A DNA stretch of 64,000 nt. Source: Octopus vulgaris. Lineage: Eukaryota. Positions 29,490-43,905 of this stretch are shown here, piece by piece (positions within the stretch are counted from its first letter, which is position 1; each line of letters opens with the position of its first letter). Position numbers and translations under genes: made by a program. Location of the stretch: contig OX597816.1 of NCBI GenBank assembly GCA_951406725.2, positions 18,538,001 to 18,602,000 on the forward strand. The letters are read 5' to 3'. The notes under the pieces are model-generated. The model saw nothing but the letters and a program-made list of their open reading frames with translations, ran no database searches and was not told the DNA's origin.

Positions 29490-29660
29490 TTAAACGTTGT
29501 TGGTTCAAATTCCACCGAGGTCGACTTGGCCTTTCATCCTTTCGGTGTCGATAAATTAAGTACCAGTTGCGCACTGGGGTCGATATAATCGACTTAATCC
29601 GTTTGTCTATCCTTGTTTGTCATCTCTATGTTTTGCTCCTTGTGGATAGTGAAGAAATAT
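29490..29660 (+). mobile_element. SINE family A, 5'-truncated
   Basis: ggttcaaattccaccgaggtcgacttggcctttcatcc core and the standard tail. Confidence 0.88.
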
Positions 29661-30732
29661 ATAATTTACGTTACATTTAGGAAAGAAATGATATATAAAA
29701 TACAACCGTCTTTGTAATAATTGAGTTGAAGCTTACGCGAAATATTGAATACTTACTTCGGAAACATCTACCAAAATCGTTCTCTTAAAGCTTCGTCTTT
29801 TCCTATATTCACAACAAGAAGAAAGTATCCATTAGCAAACGAATTTTCCACATATTTGTTTCAATATGAGATTGTTAGGGTGTGAACAAGAAGGCTACAC
29901 TTTTCTGTTCCGAAATGAGTAATATTGCTTTCAAAATATTATTATCAATATTATGTAACTTTTGTTTTAATATTCTGTCATTTCCTTTTGTTGAAGGAAT
30001 AGAGGTGATTTATTTTTCTTTTCTGTTTTGTATTGAATGGTTCTCATCGTAATTGCTTGATCGCAATCAGGTAAATTAAGGCTACAGACCTCATAAAAAC
30101 ATTCGGAGAAAAGGTACTTCCAATGACAACTGTTTAAGCATTCTCTGGAATGTAATTACAGGAAAATCGATGGCTACCTTTTGTTTCCTTATTGGAACGT
30201 GTTCATTAAGAGATGTATGAAATACTGAACTTGAAGAAAATAAAAAAAAAGAAAGACTAATGTAATTTAATGAACCAGATCCGTTATATATTTTTATTAC
30301 TTTTGATTGATGATTTTCAAATTGATCGCTTGTTTGAATGTTTCAGTAAAATGAAATTAACACAGAACATAGTTTAAGTTTTTTTTTTTCGTTCGATTTC
30401 ATTTTACGAACGATTGGGAAATGTATCGCTAATATTTGTATTTTGATGCGATACGCTATTGGATCCAGCGTGATAAAATATTGGAATGTATATATTTGAC
30501 AAAAATTAAGATGACTGGCTTATATAATTTTCTTTCTTACAGGTCTCACGCTATGTGGAATATGAAACTGAAATATATTTTAAAGGAAATAAAATTATTA
30601 ACGAAGCAATATTTCGAAGCAAAATTGTCAGAAATGCATTACGAAATATATCTCTTATACACTATATGTGTGCTTGTGTGTATGTATGTGTGAGTTATTT
30701 GTATATATGTACATATATCAATAGATACACAC

Positions 30733-30767
<35 letters not shown>

Positions 30768-30771
<4 letters not shown>

Positions 30772-30971
30772 ACATCGTGTGTACCGTTGACGATTTTTTC
30801 CCTCTGTCTTCTCTTCTCGGGATCTTTCCTTCTCCTATGATTCCGACGAAGAGCTCCGTTCAAAATGTTAAACCCTCCGTCTTCCCTTCTTTCCTGAGCG
30901 TCCATTAATACTATATTTGTTCCACGTCCTCGCGTTGTTGTGTTTTTTGTGTGTTTTCTTGTTTGGATTAA

Positions 30972-30972
<1 letters not shown>
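30768..30972 (+). mobile_element. ~205-bp non-coding element with degenerate HHR-like motif (copy 1), between (TA)n tracts
   Basis: tgtgac..cgtgtgtaccgttg...ccgacgaagagctccgttcaaaatgttaaac...gtttggattaa; homologous to copies at 39146, 55348 and 59162. Confidence 0.8.
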
Positions 30973-31014
<42 letters not shown>

Positions 31015-31017
31015 TAT

Positions 31018-31064
<47 letters not shown>

Positions 31065-31724
31065 ATACATACACACACACACGCACAAACACATATGCAT
31101 TATGGTTTATGCAACGCCATATTTTCGCTAAGAATTTAGGCATTCATATATTACTATTTCTGCGCATCTAAATAAGAATGATATATGATAGAGTTACGGT
31201 CAATTTAAGCCGTGGAATTTCGAAACGAAAAATTAAAGAAAAGCAAACAATCTCTTATAGCAAAACAAATATGATGCAAGAGAAAAAACTGATGATGAGC
31301 AGTAATCATAATTAATACTGATCTTAGAATATACCAGATAAATACTGTGAATAGTGTTCAATGATTTATTATTTAATGCAAACACAATTGCGTACACATA
31401 ATTAGCAATAAAGCGTTGAATTAAGTTTACGTTGTGTATGATACGTAGACCTCATTCTCTCTCTCTCTCTCTCACTCACTCTCTTTTCTGTAGGAGTTGG
31501 CACTATGGGTAAAAGAAAATACAGGAAGATCATTTAATTATGACTTATTCATCATATTTCCCTTTCACATTCACACACTTATTTTAGCGGTCCTTCAAGC
31601 TGTACTGAGGTTCCAACCAGACATAAAGGAGCGGTACTCATAAAGCCAGGAAACTTTTAGCATCCTCTCGCTTATGCGTCCATACAGATTTGCACGCGCA
31701 CGCGCACACACTCACATATGTATG

Positions 31725-32138
31725 TGGCTGTGTGGTAAGTAGCTTGCTTACCAACCACATGGTTCCGGTTTCAGTCCCACTGCGTGGCACCTTGGGCAAG
31801 TGTCTTCTGCTATAGCCTCGGGCCGACCAATGCCTTAAAGTGGATTTGGCAGACGGAAGCTGAAAGAATCATGTCGTATATATGTATATATGTATATATG
31901 TATGTGTGTGTATGTGTTTGTGTGTCTGTGCTTGTCCCCCCCCACCATCCCTTGACAACCGATGCTGGTGTGTTTACGTCCCCGTAACTTAGCGGTTCGG
32001 CAAAAAGATACCTATAGAATAAGTACTGTGCTTACAAAGAATAAGTCCCGGGGTCGATTTGCTCGACTAAAGATGGTGCTCCAGCATGGCCGCAGTTAAA
32101 TGACTGAAACAAGTAAAAGAGTAAAGAGAGTAAAGAGT
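31725..32138 (+). mobile_element. SINE family B, near full length
   Basis: Matches 6873-7247. Confidence 0.92.
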
Positions 32139-32156
32139 ATGTATGTGTGTGTGTGC

Positions 32157-32197
<41 letters not shown>

Positions 32198-32383
32198 TAT
32201 ATATATATGCATATATGTATATGCTTATATATATATATGCATATATGTATATGCTTATATATATATGTATATATATATATAATACATATATATAATACAT
32301 ATACATTTATATATATACATGCATATATGTATATGCTTATATATATGTATTTATATATGTGTGATATATATATATGTGTGTGT

Positions 32384-32419
<36 letters not shown>

Positions 32420-33113
32420 TGTATTTATTATATGTAAACATACATAAAAAGGCACACGCACATATATAATATATATGTATATAAGTTTACGTGTGCCGGT
32501 GTATGTGCATGTGTGTGTGTCCTTGTGTGCATAGTTCAATATCTAGAAGCATATATTGGAATATAACACTAATATGCTCATATTTGTAATCTATATGAAT
32601 ATGTGACTGTAACGGTATATTTTGTTTGCCTCTTTCAGCGCGTTGACCACCTACGTACATATCTTATTGTTGACTTTTAATTGCATGCTGTTGAAGTTTA
32701 TGCTGCTACAGCATATCCTACCACATATGTGCGGATGCGCGGCATGTTAATTCGTTTTTATACATTTGTATAGACATGTTATATTAATCTAAAAGAAAGA
32801 AAGAACACAACTGAAAGACACGATGGAAAATGTTCTACGTTATCGCTCAATGTGCTATACATTGCAACAAACATCCCTCTCATATTAAAAAGGGAAATGA
32901 TGACATATTCTTATATATTTGTTGTGAGTATACTGTATCAAAATTCAAAATTCATTGTCACCATTCATCAATAATTACATACAGGCTTGATTGTGAGGTT
33001 AAGAAAATCGCTGTAGGTTGCGATAATTTTGCATCTTTCATGCATATACACACTCAAACACACATATATATATACATACATACATACATATATATGTATG
33101 TATATATATATAT

Positions 33114-33167
<54 letters not shown>

Positions 33168-34002
33168 ATGTGGTTTTAGAGCCAAGTTTTGTCAGCTAGA
33201 TCTTGCATGGTATCTTTTAGATAGCCTTAATTATAATTTTAATAATAATTATTTATTCCCATGCTTCCTACACGATATGATCGGCATTTTAAATAACGAA
33301 CTAATCGTTATATATATACACATATGCGTATATGAGTACAGGGCGCCACCAACATTAAACAACAAGTAATATGAAATCAAATGAGTTGAATACGCAATCA
33401 ACGAGAGAAACAAATGGAAAACAGGACAAATATCACAAAGAATGTCATTTCATCAGTTGTCGGCTGTCTATCTACTCTTTATTTCGAGCATTGAAATAAA
33501 AATGTTGGATTTATGTAGAGCCAAACGTGGGGAACAAAAACAGGACATTGGAGACGTACAGGGAAAGCGAACGACAACAAACATTGAGGGTCGTAAGACT
33601 AGAGCGAGCTGAAAATAGCGAACGCTGGAGAAATATTTTCTTTGAAAAGAGAATAGATAGAAGAGAGAGATAGAATATATCCAGGCCTTCGAAAAGTCCG
33701 GAAAGAAAAGAAAGATCACGTGAGGAAAGGAAAGATGGACCATGATCACCTGTGAGCAACAAGAGAGAGAAAAATCTATAGAGGCGGAGAGAGGGACAGA
33801 CAGATAACGGTGAAAGGGAGAAAAAGTGAATTACAAAAACGGATGGGAGCGAAAACAGGAAAGAGCTGAGTAGCATCAAAAATTGTACATGTATGTGTGT
33901 GTGTCTCTCTTTCTCTCTCACTCTCTCTTTCTCTCTCACTCTCTCTTTCTCTCTCACTCTCTCTCTCTCTCTATCTATCGATATATATATATATATATAT
34001 AT

Positions 34003-34330
34003 AGGTGCAGGAGTGATTGTGTAGAAAAAGCTTGCTTCCATGGTTCCGGGTTCAGTCCCACTGCGTGTCAATTCTTCTATAGCATCGGGCCGACCAATCC
34101 CTTGTGAGTGGATTTGGCAAATGGAAACTGAAATGTATGTATTTGGGCATCTTCGTTTGTCCCCTACCATTGCTTGACAACCGGGCACTGCTTTGTGTTC
34201 TTGAACAAAATCCTTCAATTCACGTTGTTCAAGTCTACTCCGCTAGCAGAAACGGGTAATCCAACGATGAACCAGTGTCCAGTCTAGCATGGTATATAGA
34301 CGAAACCGGCTTTATGACCTTATGATTCAG
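34003..34330 (+). mobile_element. SINE family B 5' half joined to a degenerate family C CORE/V fragment
   Basis: ggtgcaggagtg...gcttgacaaccg, then tgtgttcttgaacaaaa...ttcacgttgttcaagtc. Confidence 0.7.
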
Positions 34331-35702
34331 GAAAGAATTTTCATGTTTATTTTTGAAATTTTGTATGAGGGCAAATTCACAAATATAAACTATTCTTCAT
34401 AAAATATTCAAATATAAACTATACAACATACAATATTCAAAACAGCTTATAGCACTCTTTATAAATCTCACCAGATGGCTTTAAATATAAATTCGTAGAT
34501 AGTGAAAAATTTCACATTCTGAAATAATTATTTAGAAATTATTAAACTAAATGTTACTTTGATCACCAAATTCTGTATTAAATACATAAATAGCACATAA
34601 AAGATATACATTCTTAATTGCTGATAGTAATAAACATTTTAAATATACGTTTGGAGATTACGCATATCTCCTCGCTATTTAAAATTTCATGAAAACTTCT
34701 GGTAGCGCTTGTAACAAATAATTAAGAATGGCACATAAACTAGTGATCAAAATTCATTTACCAAAATATTTTTACTCTCTATTTTATGTTAAGGCAATTA
34801 ATACGTGTTGCAGATATCAACGTTAATACTTCCGTGGTATAATATCAGACGATTCTTTTTCGCTTCAATTTTTGAGCTTCTATCTAAATAGAATTCATTT
34901 CTTACGTAATATTTTTGCCCTGATTTAATTTCTAGGTATGGTAAATGGATATGTCCGTAATTCAGAGAAGAGTCGTGGTTGATATTTTTAGTGTTTATTA
35001 GATTTAAACGGATACATCTCTCAAATCAACGGTTTTCACCCAGACGGTAACGTTCCTTTTCAGGTAGAGCACACTTACACATCTCATCTATGATTCCCTT
35101 CGATTTTCTGACGTTTAGGTACGATGTTATAGGAGAATTCGTTTGCTTTTCGTAGCAGAACGATGTACCACGTAAAAATTTCTGAATCGATGGTGTAATA
35201 GAATGAATGGTAATCCATAAGCATTTCTAATATGTTAAAAAATATATATATATAATTTTGACAATATTTGTGCTTTTCTGTGTAATACTCCGTCAAATAA
35301 CCAACTTCACAAAGAGAAAAATCGTAGTGAAAGCTAAAACCAAATGCCAGGCAACTTCAGATTCTCAGTAAATTGAAGCAATGTATATTTCCTGACTAGA
35401 GACAGATGCCGAGTTTGCAACTTACGTGTGTGTATACACGTACGCACACACAGACACACACATACACAGACACACACACGCACACGCACACACACACAGA
35501 CACACACATACAGTTAACATAAATCTGAATGAGAGCACTAGCTTATTTCAATATTGTAATAATATTTTAATATTATAGTGTATTTGAATATTGTAAAATT
35601 GTAGAACTTGTAACAATTTTAAAACGTAAAATGTGAAAATGAAACTAAGTCGGAATTTCGTTGTTGTTTATATTCTTCTACACACAATCATCCAAACACT
35701 GA

Positions 35703-35744
<42 letters not shown>

Positions 35745-35754
35745 CCTACCTACC

Positions 35755-36408
35755 TTTCATCATCCTTGTGGCTATGGCGAAAGAATGTATCTGGTGGACG
35801 CGTCTGAAAGGATTGGAGACAAACACTTTCCTCTCTGGTCAATCTCTCATCAACTTCTTCAAGTACCACTTGAAAAGGAAAGTGAGAGTAGAGAGGCAAG
35901 TTTTGTCTAGCGAATGTTTTAAAAAAAGATGGGTGAATGTAGCAAGGATGGCACGTATGAATGACGAAGCCACCTTGAGCATAATCCTATGAACCCAGAA
36001 ATTGAAAACAGAGGGTTACCCACTTGCAAACAAATGTGGTAACATATAACAATATTGTCCAAGGTTACCGTGGTCTTTTTCGTAGGCTTTTCTTCCCACG
36101 GATAAACCTTACTTGCTTTCCCCTTTACACCATATATCATAACACTGTGATACACGATCCCTATTGATCGTTCTTTTTTTTCCTCTTCCCCTTTTTTCCC
36201 CTTTTTTCTTCTTTATTCATTTCTCTTTTCTTTTGTTCCTTTTCCTTTTCTTTTTTTTTCTTTTTATTCTTTTTATTTTTTATTTTATTTATTTATTATT
36301 ATTATTATTTTTTTCTTTTGTTTTTGTTTTTTTCATCCGCCAAAAGAAAAGCTCTACCTTGTAACTTGTCCCATCTGTGTGCAGCCCTGTGTGGCCAATA
36401 AAGAAACT
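35755..36408 (+). mobile_element. 3' end of a Tx1/L1-like LINE inserted in (TATC)n
   Basis: FIILVAMAKECIWWTRLKG...FFKYHLKRKVRVER...FKKRW..* (stop at 35992), T-rich 3' UTR ending ccaataaagaaact; (TATC)n on both flanks. Confidence 0.8.
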
Positions 36409-36455
36409 TATCTACCTACCTATCTACCTATCTATCTACCTATCTGCCTATCTAC

Positions 36456-36537
<82 letters not shown>

Positions 36538-36574
36538 GTCTGTCTATCTGTTCATCTGTTTATCTGTCTATCTC

Positions 36575-36747
36575 TTATTTATTTTTTTTTGTTCTTTTTT
36601 CCCTTTTACGATCCCTTTTAATCGGAAACCTACGCCACCTTTTTTTTGTTTCTTTTGTTTTTGTTTTTTTTTCATCCCCCAAAAGAAAAGCTCTACCTTG
36701 TAGCTTGTCCCATCTGTGTGCAACCCTGTGTGACCAATAAAGAAACT
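36575..36747 (+). mobile_element. Second, shorter 3' end of the same Tx1-like family
   Basis: aaaagaaaagctctaccttgta.cttgtcccatctgtgtgca.ccctgtgtg.ccaataaagaaacttatcta repeats the end of the first copy. Confidence 0.8.
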
Positions 36748-36784
36748 TATCTATATGTACGTCTGTATGTCTAATGTCTGTATA

Positions 36785-36970
36785 TAAATATCATGCTCGG
36801 AATGGTCAGTGGCAAGAGAGGAAGAGGCCGACCAAGAACCCGCTGGCTTGACACCATCAAGAGTGATACCGGAATGGAAATAGCCAATCTGAAAGAAGCG
36901 GCCCAGGATAGAACTGACTGGCGGACACTGATCCAACGAGTAACCGAGAGTCGACTTCGACTGGGCGGAT
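36785..36970 (+). mobile_element. RTE-clade LINE 3' terminus
   Basis: MLGMVSGKRGRGRPRTRWLDTIK...AAQDRTDWRTLIQRVTESRLRLGG is a typical RTE C-terminus; followed by (TA)n. Confidence 0.88.
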
Positions 36971-36989
36971 ATATATATATATATATATA

Positions 36990-37354
36990 CTAGCAGTATC
37001 GCCCGGCGTTGCTCAGGTTTGTAAGGGAAATAACTATAAAGCATTTTTAGAGAGTTATAGCCAAAAAATAGCAAAAAAATGGGAAAAAAATGATGGTAAA
37101 TTTTTTTTGAGAGTTAAAAGGTGGAGTTGCGTCCCCTAGACGGTCTGTGGTTTGGGTTTCTGATTCTCGACCCCATGTCGAATTTATCGATTTTTTTCAG
37201 AACTGGGGGAACTTTTCAAAATTTTCGCTGCGTTAGTTTTGAATTATGACATTGGGCTATGTGTGTGTCAAGTTTCATCAGAATCGGTTGAAAGCCGTGG
37301 TCAGAGTGAGGGTACGAGAAAACAGACACACAGAAAATGCACAGACAAACTGCC

Positions 37355-37365
<11 letters not shown>
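36990..37365 (-). mobile_element. Non-autonomous Helitron sharing the 3' end but not the 5' half of the other two
   Basis: ctagcagtatcgcccggcgttgctc (reverse complement of hairpin + CTAG); diverges after ~37110; 5' end lost in (TA)n. Confidence 0.8.
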
Positions 37366-37424
<59 letters not shown>

Positions 37425-37893
37425 GGTAAGATAAACAAAGTACTCATGGTAAAGTAAACAATGTATTCCGTCTAGTGAGGAACAAAATATATTTAATAAA
37501 CACTGTATGATTATGTGCTACTATCAGATTCATGTGCTGCGAGCATGCCATAAAGTGTTTGTAGCAAGTCTGATCTCCTCGCACAATCATGAGACAATGC
37601 TCTCGAGGCATAATGAACTAAGAATTGATTGATGAGATGAGAGAAAATGCTAGAAAAGGTGAGAAAGAATTAGAAATACAAGGTAACATGTTGAAACACC
37701 GGTTAACATTTTATATCTACTTGTTTCTCGTATTTTCTCGGTTTTTCTCACATCCTATCGTCCCATTAATATTTGTTATGCCATGTGGGAAGTATCTGAT
37801 GATTGTGCTAGGACACCCACCAGAGGTGTTAAAAAATGCTGTCTGGCATGCTTCTTTGCACATAAAACCATATACGGTGGTTACTAAATAAGA

Positions 37894-37929
<36 letters not shown>

Positions 37930-38031
37930 CATACTTATATATACATGTGCGTGTATATATAAGTATATATATACATTCTTATATATATATACACATACAT
38001 GTCTATGTATATATATCTATATATATCTATA

Positions 38032-38079
<48 letters not shown>

Positions 38080-39023
38080 AAGTAGTTGTAAACATATATA
38101 TCTATATGACTATACATTTACGTATATATTTCATACGTATTTATACACACATACATCATACATAAACAGAAATATATGCATTTATCTATGTCTGCTTCAG
38201 TGTATGGGAATTAAATTTTATAATGTATAAATTCTTTAAAAAGAAAAGTATGCAGACATGTCACAGACAATAGTTGAGACGAGAATACGTAAAAGCAAGT
38301 ATTTCTGAGTGCTAAATGAATTATATTAGAAGAGGCTTGCAAAGTTAGATATACACTGAAGATTGAGTGCTTCAGAAGATGTATTCTTCGTTGCAGACAT
38401 CGTTACTACTTTTATCTTGCATAAAACCTGCAAATATTTAAAATGGTTGATAAAATATGAAAACAAAAATCGATAAATTTATGCTTGGATATGTTTTTAT
38501 AAATTCTATTTAACTATACCGTCATAATATAAATTTATTTACTTCCAAACTAAGTGCAGTGTAGATATTTAACCTATTTTGCTAAATGATGTAACAAACG
38601 TTTAAATACTTAAAATTCTGTGGCTTATGCTTGGTATATTAATCTTATATCGTTCTGAAATTTTAAAAATTCTAACGGTTTTGGGGCGCAAAGAAATGGA
38701 TTCCAAGGTTTGATCCACAGAAAATATGAATTAAAAAACATTTGAATGCTTTACGCATCCATCAAGTTTAATGGTGTTTGTTTATTTTTTATGTTCCAAT
38801 GCTTGAAGTGCCAATAGCTACAGATGAACTTATAGTCTAAGGTGGAATCTTCCATCGATAATGGAACAATGGAATTTGAAAACTCTCACGTTGTAATGTG
38901 GGAACTGTGATATACGCTGTGGTTGGCTTTAACAAAAATACATATAAAACATTAGTAATGCATATGTACAGAAAATATTTTTCAATATAAAATTGATAAT
39001 CGTAAGCAATAACAATTATTATA

Positions 39024-39065
<42 letters not shown>

Positions 39066-39145
39066 ATTCTCGTTAGCATCTTCTTTCAATTCTGTTTCCA
39101 TTTCTTGCTGAGTGTCTACCTGACACCTATATTCATGTATCAAAA

Positions 39146-39355
39146 TGTGACCGCGTGAGTACCGTTGGCAATTTTTTTTCCTCCGTCTTCCCTTCTCTGG
39201 ATCTTTCCTTTTCCTATGTTTTCTGACGAAGAGCTCCGCTCGAAACGTAAAACCTTCCTTCTTCCCTTATTTCCTGAGCGTTCAATAATACTATATTTTT
39301 TCCATGTCCTCGCGTTGTTGTGTTTTCTCTTTATGTTTCCATGTTTGGATTAACT
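39146..39355 (+). mobile_element. ~205-bp HHR-like element (copy 2)
   Basis: 39218-39253: gtttt-CTGACGA-a-gagc-tcc-gctc-GAAA-cg-ta-aaac. Confidence 0.8.
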
Positions 39356-39365
39356 ACATATATAT

Positions 39366-39575
39366 ATAGGGAAAGTTCATGAAAAAAACAAAAGACGAAG
39401 ACAAGTGGTGTACAAAACAAACAGATGTATTAGTATAACTCTCAGGAATTGAAAAAGTGTTTTACGTTTCGACCCTACACTCTTCTACAGAAAGTGACAC
39501 AGAAAAAAAAAAAACAAGGAGAGAAACAAGGAGAGAAAAAAACGTGTGTAGTGGCTACAGATCTATCATAGCGAC
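39366..39575 (-). mobile_element. Related small element with a degenerate HHR-like motif
   Basis: Minus 39494-39459: cttt-CTGTAGA-a-gagtgtagggtc-GAAA-cg-ta-aaac, followed by ttcctgag...aatac as in the 205-bp family. Confidence 0.55.
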
Positions 39576-39982
39576 TATATATATAAAAATATACACACAC
39601 AGACACTCACACGCGGGTACACACGCACGCACACATGCACAGAGAAACACGCACCTACACACACTCACACACACAATCACATATGCATATATATTCTCGC
39701 ACTCATTATATATTCATAATACATCCATATGTACAAAACCTATATATTCATGCGTGCAATTAAGCTTGTAAATGCAAGTGACCCTTACCAGTTGAAGGAG
39801 AATGTAACATGTTCTTATGTATCTGATTCTGTTATGAGTTCATTCGGTACAATTATCTATTTAGCCATATTTACATGTAAATCATAAATCATACTAATTG
39901 AACATCTGGAAGAAAATAATCTCGTGCAAATATCCCAAATGAACGTCTTTTTCTTTTTCTTTCAGAAACGTTAATAAAATAA

Positions 39983-40105
<123 letters not shown>

Positions 40106-40725
40106 TACATGTAGAATAGCATCCAAACACACATCATGCAATCTCTGGGACTTTCAGTTTATATCTGATTTAAATGATATAAAGAAGAAAGAATCAGTGC
40201 TGTGATGGGCCATGTGTGAATGAATGTGTAATGCTGCTCATGTTTGCCAGTAAACAGAGAGGAAGAGAGTTGAATGCAGTTGAAGAACATTCATGACCAA
40301 TATTTCTGTACTGAAAATTGTGCGTTTAAATACATATAAAATATTTAGAGATCGCCCAGAAGACATATTCTTGAATACGTTCTGTCGGTATGCATAAGTT
40401 TGTTATTCTGTCACAGATGTTCGCGATATTCCTGTGAATCACATCGGTGACGTGCATGCAATGGTGTGTGTAAGTACTCAATGGCTTTTGTGAATATTTG
40501 CGGCTTTATACCTGTTTAACACTTCATGTAGAAACACACGCTCTCATTCATAAGAGTACACACTGCATATGCAATCAGGACAATATGTGCACACACACAC
40601 AGACGTATATATATATATATATATATAAAAGCATATATACACACACATAAAAGCATATATACACACACATAAAAACTCACACACACATATATATACATAT
40701 ATATATATATATATAGGTATATATT

Positions 40726-40758
<33 letters not shown>

Positions 40759-40870
40759 GTATGTATATATATATATATATATCTATATGTATATATATAT
40801 AGTATATATATATGTATATATATATGTGTGTATATATATATATATATATAAGTATATATATATGTATATA

Positions 40871-40928
<58 letters not shown>

Positions 40929-41427
40929 TACGTATATATATGCATACACACACACACATATGTAATTATACACACATTCACACACATGTATGTGCATGCG
41001 TATGGAGGTATATATATGAATATACATGATATTAATAAAAGCAAGTACTTAAAGAACATGTATTCAGACTGACATATTCTGACATGCATTTAATATTTAC
41101 ACAGAATAAATCGTAAACGTGTACTAGGACACACATTCGCACACAAAAACAGGCATAAATGAATCGAAACACCCATAAATAAAAACATTCATACGTATAT
41201 TCATATCTGTATATATAAGCGCGTACGCACCTACGTATATGCTTCAGCGTATGAATATGTCATGCATCCAGATATGTGAGTGTGCCTATGGGTTATAATT
41301 ATTTATGCAGAATCCTAGCGGAAGTCTGTGAATAATTTTACGCAATAAAGCATATGAATTGAACATGTTCTTATACAGATATTATAAATGTATCCGTTAA
41401 ATGTATATCACAATATATATGTGTGTG

Positions 41428-41487
<60 letters not shown>

Positions 41488-41524
41488 TATATGCATATAT
41501 GCATGTATGCATGTATGTATGTGT

Positions 41525-41568
<44 letters not shown>

Positions 41569-41661
41569 CAATATATACTTATATATATATATCACAAAAT
41601 ATATGTATAATATGTATAAATATATACATATAAATACATATACATGCATACGTGTGTATGT

Positions 41662-41703
<42 letters not shown>

Positions 41704-42869
41704 GAAAGCGAGAGACATACATACACACATATATATAGATGCATATATAAGCATATACACACGCAGAAACGCACATATGTATATATAAATGATACGTAAT
41801 TAATATTAACATACGAATATATATGTTGTATGTGTAGGCGAATACAAGCATGTGTGTAAATGTCTGTATTCCCTGAGAAATTTATAGTACACCCGCCCCA
41901 CATATATATATATATGTATATATACATGCATATATTTGTTATGATAGATAGACAGTTCGATATGTTAATGTAAGTACACTGCATTTTCTCATCGCGACAG
42001 TGCTATATTTTCGTGTGTTCTCCGTGTGAATCTAACAAGAAACAAGCTGTTGAAAATTGGAAAGAAAATGGAAAGACTCACAGAAGATTTGAATTCTCTG
42101 TGTAGAATCACTAGAGCATATAAGAGATGCAGTGTTCTGTGAAGTCAGCTGCCAGTTAGAGTTGTTAGCCAGTATTGACAAGGTGGAAATTCTAAGCATA
42201 TACCTGTCAGTATCTATCGACCGCAGTTCGGCTTTGTTGCACAAATATTAATTCAACTTATACCAAAAATCTGAAGGACAAAACGAAAGAAAGTATATAT
42301 CCCTCTTTCTTTCCGCCATTTTCTCCCTATCTGTATATGTCTCTCTGTCATTCTTTCTTCCATTTTATAAACACGCAGGCATGTGATATCGCACATGCAC
42401 ACATTATCCCACACTCGCACACCAATATATACGTGCTTCTTATTAAATATATTTATATTTAACATTTGAACGCTAATTCGAAGTAACGCAAAAATTCTTA
42501 TCTATAGTGTACCACACTTATGTTTACGAGGAGATAGTGACGTCGAAGTTTTCTCTTACCGCTAACAGACAGATTTCGAAGGAAATGCCACGTTTTTCTT
42601 TGTTTAACACATGCACACACTTCCACGGGAGCGCACGCATGCGTACGAAAAACGGAACTTACGAATATATACAATGAATTAAAATTTATGCATATATGTG
42701 TCTGTGTGAGTGTGCCTCTGTGATTGTGTGTGTGGATGTGTGTAAATAAGCACATGCAAGCATGTATATGCATGTATGTATGCACGTTAGTATGTATATG
42801 TCACACACAGGCGCACACACACTCTCTCTGTCTTTATGTATATATATATATATATATATATACATATAC

Positions 42870-43262
42870 TCTTACTCTTTACTCTCTTTTATTTGTTTCA
42901 TTCATTTGACTGTGGCCATGCTGGATCACCGCTTTTAGTCGATTAAATAGACCCCAGGACTTATTCTTTGTAAGCCTAGTACATATTTTATCGGTTTCTT
43001 TTTGCCGAACCACTAAGTTACGGGGGCGTATACACACCAGCATCGGTTGTCAAGCGGTGTTGGGGGGGACAAACACAGACACAAAAACATGCACATACAC
43101 ACATATAATATATACGACAGGCTTCTTTCGATTTCCGTCTACCAAATCCACTCACAAGCCTTTGGTCGGCCTGAGGCTATAGTAGAAGACACCTACCCAA
43201 GGTGCCACACAGTGGGACTGAACCCGGAAGCATGTGATTCGTAAGCAAGCTACTTACCACGG
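42870..43262 (-). mobile_element. SINE family B
   Basis: Reverse complement of the family B sequence. Confidence 0.9.
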
Positions 43263-43516
43263 GAGGGAGAAAGCTACTCGACAAAGACGCCGAAAGAAGA
43301 AGTACCCCAAAAGGCTGTGTCCCAGTATGGTCGCAGTGTAATGACTGGAATAAGTAACAACAAAATATTTTTAAAGATGCAAACACACACATGCACTCGC
43401 ACACGCACGCGTACACACACACACGCGCGCGTAGACACACATATAATTCTGTAAAATACATCTTTTAGTACTAAATTTGAAATACGTCTCTTTACCCTTT
43501 CTATTTTAATATGTGA

Positions 43517-43905
43517 GTGGAGGCGCAATGGTCCAGTGGTTAGGACAGCGGACTCGCGATCATAGGATCGCCGTTTCGATTCCCAGACCGGGCGTTGTGA
43601 GTGTTTATTGAGCGAAAACACCTAAAGCTCCACGAGGCTCCGGCAGGGGATGGTGGTGATCCCTGCTGTACTCTTTCACCAAAAACTTTCTCTCACTCTT
43701 ACTTCCTGTTCCTGTTGTACCTGTATTTCAAAGGGCCGGCCTTGTCACTCTCTGTGTCACGCTGAATATCCCCGACAACTACGTTAAGGATGCACGTGTC
43801 TGTGGAATGCTCAGCCACTTACACGTTAATTTCACGAGCAGGCTGTTTCGTTGATTCGGATCAACCGGAACCCTCATCGTCGTAACCGACGGAGTGCTTC
43901 CAACA
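43517..43905 (+). mobile_element. tRNA(Arg-like)-derived SINE family D, full length, with 12-bp TSD
   Basis: A box tggtccagtgg, anticodon-like actcgcg, B box gtttcgattccc; attttaatatgt at 43503-43514 and 43906-43917. Confidence 0.9.

Noticed and set aside
32615-32700. Splice-acceptor-like ttttgtttgcctctttcag as the start of a host exon
   Set aside because: No supportable donor, reading frame or homology from sequence alone
33340-33500. Minus-strand GAAA...CTGATGA as a type II hammerhead in a PLE-end-like repeat
   Set aside because: Stems could not be paired in register; only one copy, so repeat status is also unproven here
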